From Vicugna vicugna (Eukaryota): a DNA stretch of 64,000 nucleotides. This document shows, piece by piece, positions 51,001 to 63,130 of this stretch. The notes under the pieces are model-generated. The model saw only the letters and a program-made list of their open reading frames with translations, was not told the origin of the DNA and searched no databases. Position 1 is the first letter of the stretch. The number at the start of each line of letters is the position of its first letter. The DNA lies in contig MU058418.1 of assembly GCA_013265495.1 (NCBI GenBank), positions 954,917 through 1,018,916 on the forward strand. Direction: 5' to 3'. A program made the translations under genes and the position numbers.

Positions 51001-54000
51001 CAACCTCTCCTCCCACCCTGCGGGAGAGGGGGCGCCGAGGCGGTGGTCCCCGCGCCGCGCGCCTCCCCCGCGGGCCTTTGTCGCCATCCGAATTCCCATG
51101 CTACTCTTTTTGACGGGTCACTGGTGGCTCTATAGGCAGGTGCTACGGCGGAGTTGTAATTGCCCGGGCCAAGCCCGGTGGTTACTGAACCCCCCTCCCC
51201 AACCCGGCCTCCCGCGTTCTCCCCTCCTTCATCCCCTGCAGCTCTTCCAAGGCCGTGGTCCGGGGTGCGCGCCCGCCAGACGCCTCGGAATCAACCAGTA
51301 GGTTTCCACTTCCTGAGGCTCAGCCCTCCCCCCCAACGCGGCGCCCTCGTCTTCTCTACTCCTCTAGTCCAGTCGTCCTCACCCTTGCCTCTCCTAACCC
51401 CAGCCTAATAAGCGGTCCCCAACGTGAGAGCTGGGGGGAGCAGCTGCCGAGCTTCACCGAGTCCAAGCAGGCGGCCGCCCGGGGCCCAGACTAGGGGCCT
51501 TCGGACCGGTAGCAAAGGCGAAATTAAATGTAAAGAAGTTAATTATTAACTAGTATTGTTAACTATCATCATCATTATTACCAAAGTATTAATTAACACC
51601 TTATTTGATATTAATACTCCCTTTGTTTGCACGAGGATGGGTTTCTAAGTCCCTATAAACCACTTCAGGCTTGTTGGACCCTTGAATCTTAGAGAAAAAT
51701 TGTTTCCTCCCTTCTGAATTTTCCAATATTACCCTTTCCTTAACATTCCTCCAAGATCCACAGCTACCTTGGGCTTGAGGGGATTCCAAGGAAACTTCTC
51801 TTAAGTCAGGCAACTGTGGAAGCCTGTGGGTGTGAGGGGCAGTCTAGGGGAAACCAGTCAGATCCTTTTAAAAATTAGCCTCGGACAGCGGCAGAAAAAC
51901 GGAAAGGAAGGGACCCACTCAGGATCTAGTGTAAGGAGGTAGGGCTTTAGAGAAGAAGACTTTGAGGAGTGGAGGGAGTAGGGGTGCTGTCCCACTCTAA
52001 CCTGCCAGGGAATCAACACACTTAACTTCACTCTCATCCTGCTTGCTTAGCCTGGTTCTAGCTACCTTGGGAGAAAAAAATTTTTTTTCCTTTAATCATT
52101 TCTCAAAAGCGATCCACCAAGCATTTTTTAAAATAGGTAAAGTGAAAGTTGGACAATTACCACTACCCTTATTATCATTAATAATCCTAGTATTAGCATT
52201 ACAATAATAATCCTAATAATAACAACCACCCAGCAGCTCAGAGAAAACTCGATTGCCTTCCAGCTGCCATCCCTGGTTCCAGCCGTGTTTGTTTTTCTTC
52301 TTTTCCCTTTTACATTTCAAGTTTGTCTCCTTGCGCACTCACTAACAACTTTCTCTGTTAAATGCAAGGGCCGGAGAGGGAGGCGGCCAAACTTTCCGCG
52401 GAGCAGAAAGGCAGCGGCGGGCTGTGCTGCCGCCTCGGCCTGCTGTAATCTTTTATTTCAAAATGGGTCTCGGCGATTAGAGGAGACCCAAATACATGTA
52501 GCGGTGCATGAATAATGCTCATTGTAGGAAACTGACACTTGCTCAAGGAAAAAAAGTTTGGCTATAAAATCACTTCATTATTTGCTTTTACCGCAGCTTC
52601 GGTGCTAATCCCTTCAGAGGTCAGATTGCTTAGCATCTCTCTCCCTCTCCCCTTTCCTCCTTCTTCTCCGCCCTCCTCTCCCTCTCACCCCTTCCCCCCT
52701 TCCCTGTCTTTCCTGCAATTTCAGGCCGTATTTTAGATATCCCCTGTAAAGTGTGTGGCGACCGCAGCTCGGGGAAACACTACGGGGTCTACGCCTGCGA
52801 CGGCTGCTCGGGGTTTTTCAAACGAAGTATCCGAAGGAATAGGACGTATGTCTGCAAATCTGGAAACCAGGTACCTTAGCAGGGCCGCACTGCCCAGCTC
52901 CCCTCTGCCACCTCCCCCTGCTTTTGTTTGTGCCAAAGTCTCCTCTGAGTTTCCAAGCTGCTGAGGAGAGACCAGGCCCTGACCTCTCCTTTCCTCTCCC
53001 CTCCTTCTTACCTAAACGCTCAATGGCCCTTTCGCTTGGGAAAGGCAGGAAGAGGTGAAAGAAGAGAGCCGAGTTTGAAGGAGGAAAGCTGAAATCCCAG
53101 CACCTCCTCACATTCCCCTTCCCCCTACTTTTTTTTTTTTTAAATCCTCTGATGGATTTTGACATTGAGTAAGGCCTGCACCCAATGGCTATAAAGATAG
53201 CCCAGGGGACCTAAGTACAGAAAGGTGAAAGGGCTATGTTATGTTGCCTGTCACCCCACCCCTGTTCCTAGCAGCACCCAAGCTGGGTGCCCTGACCTGG
53301 GCCTTTCAGGGCAAGAGTGAAGGGCACAGGGCATCCCAGTCAAAGCTGAGATCCAAACTAAGTGCTGGCCAGTTGAAACAGAGAGGACATGCTGTATGAG
53401 TGGCTGTGCCCTTTCAGCTTCAAAGCAGAGCTTCTTGGAAGTAAGCAGTGGGGCTTCAGCATCCATGTGACTTTAGCTGGGCCTTGTCAGAAAAGCTCAG
53501 AGTGTGCAAGAATAGAAGGCACACAAGGAAGGAGTAACGGGGAGCCTCTCCAAGGTTCCCATATCTCCTCTTTATCTGCTTAGAAGAGGTGCCTGGTTGA
53601 TTGTGCTTTGGTCTTGAGCAGACAGAACTGTCTCAAAGAGATAGAGGAGTTGTGGCATGTACTGACTGTGAGCCAGAGCTTCCAGAAAGAGTGAACATAC
53701 CCCTCCCTCAGACTCAGTTTCCAGCTCAGTAATAGGTTTATTTCAACCTAGAAGAGCAGCCTTTTGGTCCCACACTTGAACTTCTCCTTAGCCAGACAAA
53801 CAAACCCTAAGCATAGAGTGACCATCTCCACTCCCAAGAAGATCCTGAGGAGTATAGTAGTCAGAAGCCATCCTTTGGTATCCAAAATGGTAAAATATTT
53901 TCATTAACTTTTAAATAAATGTATATATATGATACATATATATTGTCTGGTGCTAGTGAGTTGTTTATCTTTTTCTGAAGCTATATCTGCTCATAACAGT

Positions 54001-57000
54001 TTCTGATAGATTTGGGTTATCAACAAGAAAAAGAAGATGTTGCATTTGCATACATTATTTTGAACTTTCAAGTCCTGTTACCTGTTTAATTGGGTACATA
54101 GCTCTGTATCAGTTTCTAGCTTCACCATATAGATACATCATATTATATACACACAGGGGTGTATCCCAGGAGCTCCTCAGGAAGAAGGGATTACTGTGGG
54201 TCATCAGATTTGAGCAGGCTTCTACTTAAAGTATCTTTTACTTTTATGCAAGGCACAGAATTAGGGGATCAAAATCTCAGATATTATGCTTGATATTTTC
54301 AAAGGGATTGGCTATCAACTCAAATATATTGATGTCAGTCCCAGCACTTGTAAAGGAGTAATAATAGATTCATCAGGCATGGTGGTCCTATTCTTACAGA
54401 GAGAGTAAATGAACTGAGCTGAGGTGCTCATCTTTCTCTCAGGCTCCAGATACTTGTATACATTTGATCTGATTTGAAGACACTCTTAAGAACTAATGAA
54501 GGCCTCCATTTTGCTTTAGTATGTTTATCAGAATACTAGGAGGATAACATTTGAGGATAGACATATGATTGCATTTAACATTAAGTTATTTAAACTTCTT
54601 TACATTGAGCTATTACATTGGTCAGCAAAGATTCCCTGAAGAGTTCCGTTAGGAAAGAAAAATAATTTCCTTTCTCTCTTTTATTCTAAGATTGGGTAAA
54701 TAATATTCCAATGTATTATTAACAGTAATGAGGACGTTTAGAAATTGTTATAAACCTCTGCCCTACCTTTAAACAAATCAACATATTTTAAATCAGAGGA
54801 GCAAGATCTCAAAAAACTGTATGTTGAAGTGTGTAATTTTTCTTAAGGGATATTTCAGAAAATATGCTTACTCCAAATCCAGAGTATGTGAAATTTTGAG
54901 ATTATGAAGCAAGATAAAATGCATTTATTTTATTCTCTTACTTCCCACTGCAAATGTAACAGTAACAAATAATAAAAACACAGGAGAGCACCAAACTTCT
55001 TATGTATTTCCTATGTATAAAATACATATATAGGTATGACTCTTTATGTATTTATGTATATGTTTCCTCAGTCATAATACCTAACACTGAATGAGTTCTA
55101 CTAGAATTCGTCTCTATAATTTTCCTCTTTTAATGGCCAGTATTTATCCAGAAAATTGCATTAAGTAAAACATTTATTTTCTCATGCATCTCAGATAAAT
55201 ATTTCTAAGGCTACAGTTACCTCTTTTTTTTTCAGTTATCTTGCTAATATTCTCAGTCCATTTTATCATTTTGTCAGACAGTGCATCACATTATCTTCCT
55301 GGTCATATTTAATGGTGGGCATTTCTAGAGTTTGCCCAGACCTTGGGCAGTTCCCTTGCCATCCTCACCTCCGTAGTCTTTGCCCTCCTAACCACTCTGG
55401 CTTCAGCCTCACCTTCCAGGAATGGCTGTTTCCATGAATCTGGGCTGAGACTAGTCTTCAAGACAACTCTCAACATGCTGGTCTTAAGGATAGCTTCACG
55501 TACAAAAGCAAGAGCGAGGAAACAGGAGAGTGGAGAATAAATGGGAGATGTTTATCTGACAGATAAATGAGCTCAGCCAGAACGTGACAGGAAGAGGTGG
55601 ACTTAAAACCTGAAAGCGGAGAGAAGAATTGGCGGGAGGGGGACGTGTCGGGGAATCCCGGCAGGCAAACCAGCTCCTTCTGAGCTCTGAGGCCTCCTCC
55701 TCTGGGGCCGGTCGCTGTCTTCGGTCCTGAAAACTCTCGCCCCTGCTCCACCACCTCTGCGCCGGGCGGAAGTTGTCCTCCTGAGCTTCTCCGGTCACAG
55801 CTGAGTCTGGCAAACCAGGCGGCCTAGCCTTTCATCTGCCTGGAGAAGGACTTTCCTTCTCTTCCGCTTTCAAAGGGTCAGGAACGGTCCTTTTGAAGTA
55901 GCCCCGAGAATCCCAGCGCTTTCTCTTCCTGGCCCTGCTGGTGCCCAGGGCCATCGCATTTCGCGGACCCAGGCTTGCTGCTCCGAGGTCTGTGGAGGGG
56001 TCCTTACTGCCTCCACACCGTTTCCCCCACCAGGCCCTGGTTTCGCGTCCCTAGTCTAAAGGCCCTTGGTGCTGCTGATCACCTGCGCTCTGTTCTAGGG
56101 AGGCTGTCCGGTGGACAAGACTCACAGAAACCAGTGCAGGGCGTGTCGGCTGAAGAAGTGTTTGGAAGTCAACATGAACAAAGATGGTAATTAGTACATT
56201 TTTTATCCTTCTAATGTTGGTTGAGTAATAGGTAAATTTTATATGTACAGAAAATAATGGCACTCCTATGCATGCAAATCATCTTTCGAGTACTTCTTTC
56301 CAGATGCTCAGAATTGGCCTCCAGCTTTAATCATCTCCCTGCACGAGCCCCCCCCCCCCCACCATTGAACTCCCTAGGGCAAGGCCCATGCCCACACAAA
56401 AAGGACATTTTCCCCACAATCATCCCCACGGAAACAGCGTTCCTGGGGGCCCCACTCTGCTAGGGACACATGTGTGACATTTGCTGCCTCACATCTTAAT
56501 TCCTCTTCTCACTTCTCATTGCAGCCCTTTTGTGGCCATAACTAAGCAGGATCCAGCAGGATCTTGCATTCTCGATAGTCTCCCGGAGAGGATACCTTGG
56601 GCACTAGGAGACCAGTTGAAGGAGGGAGGGCTGAGACACTAACACGCAGAACGTGGAGTCTTTTTTTTTTTTTTTTGCAGATTCAGCAAGATTCCAAAAT
56701 CAGGACAGCCACTGGTGGAGATCTGGGCTTTTTCATGGCCTTCTCTCGGTTCTAAACAAAGGGGCTGGGGAGGCAGGGATACGCCAGTGGGTGCCTCGGA
56801 CACCCAACTTCCAGAAGGTTCTTAAAGGCGCACAGCAAGAACTAGGTGGTCAGGCTGCTTTTGGGACTTAAGAGTGCAGTCCAAGTGCGTGCCCGCAGGT
56901 GGCCTGGCGAGGGCGCCCCAGGCCCGGATGAGGCGGGGGTCATGGCCGGGAGGAAGGAATGAGGCCTCAGGACGGGATGCAGAGTGGGCTTTGGAGGGTG

Positions 57001-60000
57001 GGAGGCCAGGGTTGGGTGGCAGCTTCGTGAGGCACAGCGCCCCTTGGAGAGAGCTCCTTCCTCCGCGGCGCAGGAAGCAGGAGGGAGCATCCAACCTGTT
57101 GAACTTGTGTATTGACAAGTTGTCAAGCTCGGCGAGCGGAAGATTGCCCTGAATTAATTTGTTTGTTTAAACTGTTGGTGGTAATTGTCACATCTCCCTG
57201 CCTTCCTACAGCACACTCCGAGACCAGCTTTCCCTCGTGCCATCCCCCAGAGGCCCTGGGCTCGGGTCCTTTTCTCCTGGGGCCCTAGGAGGCCAAACGG
57301 CATTTCCGTGGTGGGAGCGGTGGTGGAGGTGGGGGGAGTGGTCGTCTAGCTGAGTGGGAAAAGCCTGTGCAAAGATGTTGTGCCTGGCTGTGCACAATGC
57401 TCTCCTTCCCCTTCGTTGCGAAGAGATCTAGCTACTGATGCCCAGAGGGTCTGTGGTTTCTCTGAGACCTTCCCTGGGTGGGGAGGAGCCCTGAACCCAC
57501 AGGGAACATGCCTAGTTTTGACTGAGGCTCGAGCATTATCGTGACAGTTTGGGCCGGGCTGCTCTTCAGCTTCCTTTGCATACAGTGTAATGGTTAAACG
57601 GTCTCTGAGCGCCCTGCGCCATCACATTCCCTCTCCCTCTCCCTTCATCTCCCGGGTGTCCTTACCTACCCAGACGTGGCCCTTAGCCTGGGAGCGCGGC
57701 AGTGTCTAAAGGCTGCGGAGTCTCTGATCTCGGGCTTGCGCCGGTCTGTCTCCGCAGCCGTGCAGCATGAGCGGGGGCCTCGGACGTCCACCATCCGCAA
57801 GCAGGTGGCCCTCTACTTCCGTGGACACAAGGAAGAGAACGGAGCGGCCGCGCACTTCCCCTCCGCCGCACTGCCCACGCCGGCCTTCTTCACCGCGGTC
57901 ACTCAGCTGGAGCCCCACGGCCTGGAGCTGGCCGCGGTGTCCGCCACCCCGGAACGGCAGACCCTAGTGAGCCTGGCTCAGCCCACGCCCAAGGTCAGTG
58001 GCCTTGCTGGGTACGAGAGCGCGGCAAGTGGAGGGCGGAGGGAGCGCACTCATTCCTTCTGAACTGGGATGGCTCAGGCAAAAGATGGAGAAGACCTCAC
58101 AGGGTGCGAAGCCAAGCTCCGCAGGGAGCTCTAGGCCTGCCACTCCCCCTTTTGAACAAAGGGTGTTCAAACTTTAGTGCGCAGTAAAGTCACTCTTTGA
58201 TCTGACTACAATTGTGGACTCCCTGGTCTATCTCCCGGAGAGTCCCTTTCAGCAAGTTTGAGGTGGGGCCCAGGAACCTGAATTTTTTAAAAATGCCTCT
58301 GGAGGGGAGGGTATAGCTCAGCGGTAGAGTGCATGCCTAGCATGCATAAGGTCCTGGGTTTAATCCCCAGTACCTCCGTTAAAATAAATAAATAAGTAAA
58401 TAGATAAGCCTAGTTACCTCCTCCCTCAAACAAACAGAACCAATAAAAAAATAAAATATTTTTAAAAACACCTGTGGTATGAAGCCCTGTCTGAACTGAG
58501 AGGGCAGCTGAGGTGTTCCTGGGGGTCACAAGAGCAGACATCCGTTTTTAGAAGAAAGAAGTTGCCTACAGCTGGCGGAATAGCCCTTCAGTTGCAAATT
58601 GCAAGGATCTAATCTCTTGGACAAAGTTATGCAAGAGAGAAATGTGGTGCTCACCCTGTTAGGACAGTTGAAGAACCTGGCTTCATTTCCCATTCTTCCC
58701 ATACTCTCTTCTGAATCACGTGGATATGCACCAGGATTGAGTCTCTACTAGCAAGGCCACAGCCAGAACCACCTCAAAGGCTACCTCCTAGGGACTACCC
58801 TCCAGGCTTCCTGCTGGTACCTACCCAAAGCCCCACTCCAGGCCAGAAAGGGCTCCAGATCTCCCTCAGAGGAGGGCCACCTGCAGCCCCACACTGCAGG
58901 GAAGCCAAACACCTGGGCACATGCTCACACACAGTACTTAATATTGCTTTCTTACCCTTGATGTGTATAATAAGCTTGGGAAAGTAGTGTTATGAATATG
59001 TTGTCAGTTATGAATGGGAGTGCTCAGTGAATGATTAAGATGTCTAATTGAAATATTTCCATAATATACTAATCCCTTCTAAAAATACTCACATGCATAT
59101 TTGTGTTTGGGATGCCTATTAATTTATACTTTTTCACATCTATTTTTATTTACACAAATGCAAGCAGCTCTTGTCTAAATTGGGAGACAGTCCTGGCCCT
59201 TGGCATAGCCTGAGGAAAATTTGCTGAAGGAGATAGAAGAGCCAGATGCCCCTCTGGAAGGAACAGGCATCTGAAAAATGGAAATGGGCCTCTCCCAACA
59301 ATTATTATTTCCCAAACTTTATAGATATTGATATTTGGTTTTTATCTCCCTATGGCAACTGCCTAAGCAGAACATCCATATTCCTATCTCCTTCCCTGGT
59401 CTAATAAGAAAAATATTAAGTTGGCTCTTCTTGCAAAGCTGTGGTTTCCTTACTCCCTGGTGTTTCTCTTTCTTCCCCACCCAGTACCCTCATGAAGTGA
59501 ATGGGACCCCAATGTATCTCTATGAGGTGGCCACAGAGTCAGTGTGTGAATCAGCTGCCAGACTGCTGTTTATGAGCATCAAGTGGGCTAAGAGTGTGCC
59601 AGCTTTCTCCACGCTATCTTTGCAAGACCAGGTATGACCAAGCGGGCACACCTCTTGGGGGAATGGGGTTGGGAAAGAAGCAACAGTAGTCAGCCTTATG
59701 CAATTAGAGGTAACTAGGATAAATCACTAAGGCCAGGCATCTGTTCTTAACAAAAATGAGGAAATCACTTTTCTTAGCTGCTTGCTATGGGGTCAAAATA
59801 TCTAGCTGTGGAATCCTTACTAAAGGAAATACAATGTTATTTCAGGAGAGTTGGATTTCAGGATGTGGTCTACAAAAAATAAATATACAAGTTCATTATC
59901 TCTTTTTTAGTTTAATTGAAACATCAAATTTAATCACAAATTTAAAAAATCTGAATGATTTTTTTAAATGTTAACAAAATAATGTTTTCTTAAGAACACT

Positions 60001-62743
60001 GGAAGTGAGAAGTTCCAGTGTTTAGAAGAACAGAATAGAAGGTGATGAGAATATTCCTTGTGAGATTTTTAGAACTAGTCTCATTATTTTATATTCTCAG
60101 CTTTGTGTTTTCCATTGTGATGCTCACAGTTTTGGCCACTAATTTATTAGCATGCAGAATTAAAGAGTGCATTGCACACCTCCCTTGATTCTTTAAGTGC
60201 TTTTAGAGATTTTGTAAACTAATAGTCTGGTACATAATTCTGTGGTTGTAAGTGACATTTGGAGAGAGAAAAATTATGTGCCATTAAAATTGCTCATACC
60301 AAAACTCAGAAATTTTGTTGTTAGAAATATCAGAAATGGCCTCTGTCAGAATTTTTCTACCCTTAAGGGAAAGAAAGAAAATAAAGTATTCACAACTATT
60401 GGCTGTTACAGTGCATTCATGGAAATTAATGACAAATTTCCCAAAAGGCCAATAAGTAGTTCCAAAAGCAAAGGATTTGTTTCTTTAATTCATTTGATAC
60501 CTAATTAAAGCATAATAGTGCCCCTTAATATGAAGTACATTTCCTACAAAGAGACTCAATGTCTCAATGTGCTCAAAACATTTAATCTTCGAGCATGGGA
60601 TGTTCTTTTTTTCATGGCCTGGACTTTCAGACGTGGTCAGAATTAGATACTGTTTACCTTGCATTTTAAAAGTATTATTTTCTGTACTTAATGCAATAAA
60701 ATAAAAATAAACATTTTGAAAATGAAATCTTTTGGTCTAATTGTGATTTTGGTTACAAGCCTTCACAATTCAACCCTTAGCTCTCAAAAGGAAATCCTTT
60801 CACATAAATCATCCCAGACTAACTGGTTTTTTGAGATTTTTTCAAAAACAGATTTTTCAAGATGGTTAGTTTTTTAATCTTTGATGAGGTTTACTAGTTG
60901 ACTCTGACCAATTGCTCCGTGTATGTGCACACATGTATGTGTGTATAGGTTGGCTATTTTTTCTCAAAAGAATTGTTTGTAGACTCTTAAATCCAAACAA
61001 AATTTACTTACTGTCTGCCACTTAGCCCTTCAGTGGAAAGCCTTCAACAACAAGCAAACTGCATTGAAGTGGAATCCAGTATATTAATTTGGAAAAGGAG
61101 CCAGATTTTCATTTTAAATATTCAGTAGCACATTTTAGTAGAATGAAAATGACAAGCACCTTGATGCTGTCCAGTTTTGAGTCTCAGAAAAATCAGACAG
61201 TGAGATGAGGTAAATAAACTCAGCAAAACCTGATTAACATAATTACACTCTGATTTCCCTATATGCCTCTTGGGAATTAGTGATCGCTCTCTCTCCCAGC
61301 CCAGCCACCTCCACCCTCCAGAAAGTTGGGGACCCAGACCTGCATGCTTAGTCTGGAGTCCCCAGTCCTGATAATATCAACATTTTCTATGAGGAGAATC
61401 TGCCTGCTGAGCTGCCAGTGGCATTTAATAGAGCCTGGGTCTATGGAGATGTTTCTAGGTGGTCAGGAACAAATGAATGCAAAGATAAGAGGGGCAAATC
61501 CTTTTCCAAGGGAAGCAAAATTTGGGGAATTGGAATGGCTGACTCTCAAATGCATGTGCTTAAGTATAGGCACCTTTTCAAAAAGGAAAATATGGGAAAA
61601 TTAAGAAAAACTAGAATATTCAAAGGAAAAACTACCAAGACAGACATTTAAAACACTTTTTTAAATAATGAAAATTTACATATTGAAATTGTTTATAAAT
61701 TTATAAATTACACGCTATATTATATTATACATCTATTGTATGACAGCTGATGCTTTTGGAAGATGCTTGGAGAGAACTGTTTGTTCTAGGAATAGCACAA
61801 TGGGCCATTCCGGTTGATGCTAACACTCTACTGGCTGTATCTGGTAAGAATTGCACAATTTAATGACTTTGTTGTAGAAATTACCATAAAAATACATTAC
61901 TGAAAAAAGAACAACATGTAAAGAATAACAAATTCCTGCTGAACAATAGAGTATACCTGTCATTTATAAATCTATATTTAAATGCAAATAATGTTGTTTT
62001 GTTGTATTCATGACTGCTTGCATTGTTATTTAAATGCAAATTACTGTGTTTGTTATCATCCAAGAGAAGATTTTATATTAACTTTCATACAATATAGCCA
62101 GTTTACATGGAATCAGATATCTTAGAGTGACAATTGAACAGATATTGATATGCAAGATTTTGTCAAAAATCAATATTAAATCATGAAAAATACCTTCATA
62201 CTAGAGGATTTATTCCATATTTTTATTCTAGGCATGAATGGTGACAACACAGATTCCCAGAAGCTGAACAAGATCATATCTGAAATACAGGCTTTACAAG
62301 AGGTGGTGGCTCGGTTTAGACAACTACGGTTAGATGCTACTGAATTTGCCTGTCTAAAATGCATCGTCACTTTCAAAGCTGGTAAGCAGACACAAACTGC
62401 TGTCGCTTCTCCTTCCCTCGTTTTGCCACCTCACTAATTCAGCCACCTCCAAGTTCAGAATGACCCTTGCAAAAAGAGATGATGGTTTTCAAGGGAATTG
62501 ATGCTCTTAGTCTGGCTCCATTTTTGATAGCCATGGGGACCTGCATGTTCTCCTTCTGCCCATCCACTTCCAGAGAGTGCTTTCCCCATCTACATTTCCT
62601 GTGATGCCTATCATAGTTTCCTGGTCTTCATTTCTAGTTCCTACACACAGTGGTTCTGAACTGAGAAGTTTCCGGAATGCTGCCGCCATCGCAGCTCTTC
62701 AGGATGAGGCTCAGCTAACTCTCAACAGCTATATCCATACCAG
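48028..62743 (+). CDS. NR2E1: Nuclear receptor NR2E1 (TLX/tailless), coding exons 1-8; the final exon is outside the window. join(48028..48052,52725..52870,56099..56186,57758..57993,59485..59631,61747..61843,62232..62381,62638..62743)
   Basis: Exon lengths 25+146+88+236+147+97+150+106 = 995 nt. All introns are GT-AG with consistent phases. Translation runs [78 protein letters not shown]...[14 protein letters not shown], matching vertebrate TLX (C4 zinc fingers with CDGCSG P-box, then the ligand-binding domain). Confidence 0.99.
52725..52870 (+). CDS. NR2E1: NR2E1 exon 2 (first zinc finger)
   Basis: Polypyrimidine tract and tttcag|GC acceptor; encodes [12 protein letters not shown]...KSGNQ; donor CAG|gtacct. 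Confidence 0.99.
56099..56186 (+). CDS. NR2E1: NR2E1 exon 3 (second zinc finger)
   Basis: Acceptor ttctag|GGA; encodes [29 protein letters not shown]; donor ATG|gtaatt. Confidence 0.99.
57758..57993 (+). CDS. NR2E1: NR2E1 exon 4 (T-box/hinge)
   Basis: Acceptor ccgcag|CC; encodes [16 protein letters not shown]...AQPTPK; donor AAG|gtcagt. Confidence 0.99.
58304..58460 (+). mobile_element. tRNA-derived SINE (Vic-1-like) in intron 4, inserted in a MER5-like remnant (~58160-58300)
   Basis: GGGGAGGGTATAGCTCAGCGGTAGAG...CCCCAGTACCTCC; degenerate TSD TTTAAAAATGCCTCTGG / TTTAAAAACACCTGTGG. Confidence 0.9.
59485..59631 (+). CDS. NR2E1: NR2E1 exon 5 (start of ligand-binding domain)
   Basis: Acceptor acccag|TAC; encodes [49 protein letters not shown]; donor CAG|gtatga. 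Confidence 0.99.
61747..61843 (+). CDS. NR2E1: NR2E1 exon 6
   Basis: Acceptor tgacag|CTG; encodes [32 protein letters not shown]; donor CTG|gtaaga. Confidence 0.98.
62232..62381 (+). CDS. NR2E1: NR2E1 exon 7
   Basis: Acceptor ttctag|GC; encodes [20 protein letters not shown]...[10 protein letters not shown]; donor CTG|gtaagc. Confidence 0.99.
62638..62743 (+). CDS. NR2E1: NR2E1 exon 8
   Basis: Acceptor ttctag|TT; encodes [35 protein letters not shown]; donor CAG|gtgacc. Confidence 0.98.
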
Positions 62744-63004
62744 GTGACCCTTGTTTGCCTTGAGAGTGTACTTAAGAAAATTGCTTCCATTGTGAATATG
62801 TGAGCAGGCAGTAAAGAGCAAGTTGAAACGTTGTGATTAATTATATTGTCTACAGCCAGTTAATTTAGTTAGAATCTATGTCCTCACCTATTTTGAAGGA
62901 TGGGTGAGAGGAGCAAATCAAATTAGATTATCAAAGTGAAAGGGCTACTAGCCACCCAGCAGCTGTCCTGGATAAACAAGTTGATCAATCAAAATAGTTG
63001 AACA

Positions 63005-63130
63005 GGGGGAGGGTGTAGCTCAGTGGTAGAGTGCACGTTTAGCATGCACAAGATCCTGAGTTCTAATCCCCAGTACCTCCATTAAATAAACAAACAAACC
63101 TAATTACCTCCCCCACCAGAACAAGCCCCA
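63005..63130 (+). mobile_element. tRNA-derived SINE (Vic-1-like) in intron 8
   Basis: A and B boxes. 15-bp TSD CAAAATARTTGAACA at 62990-63004 and 63131-63145 (1 mismatch). Confidence 0.92.

Larger units (their letters stand above)
45570..51520. promoter_or_regulatory. Large CpG island cluster spanning the NR2E1 promoter, 5' leader and first half of intron 1
   Basis: Dense CpG and GC-rich sequence around the ATG exon. Palindromic CRE CTGACGTCAG at 47225-47234. Boundaries approximate. Confidence 0.9.
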
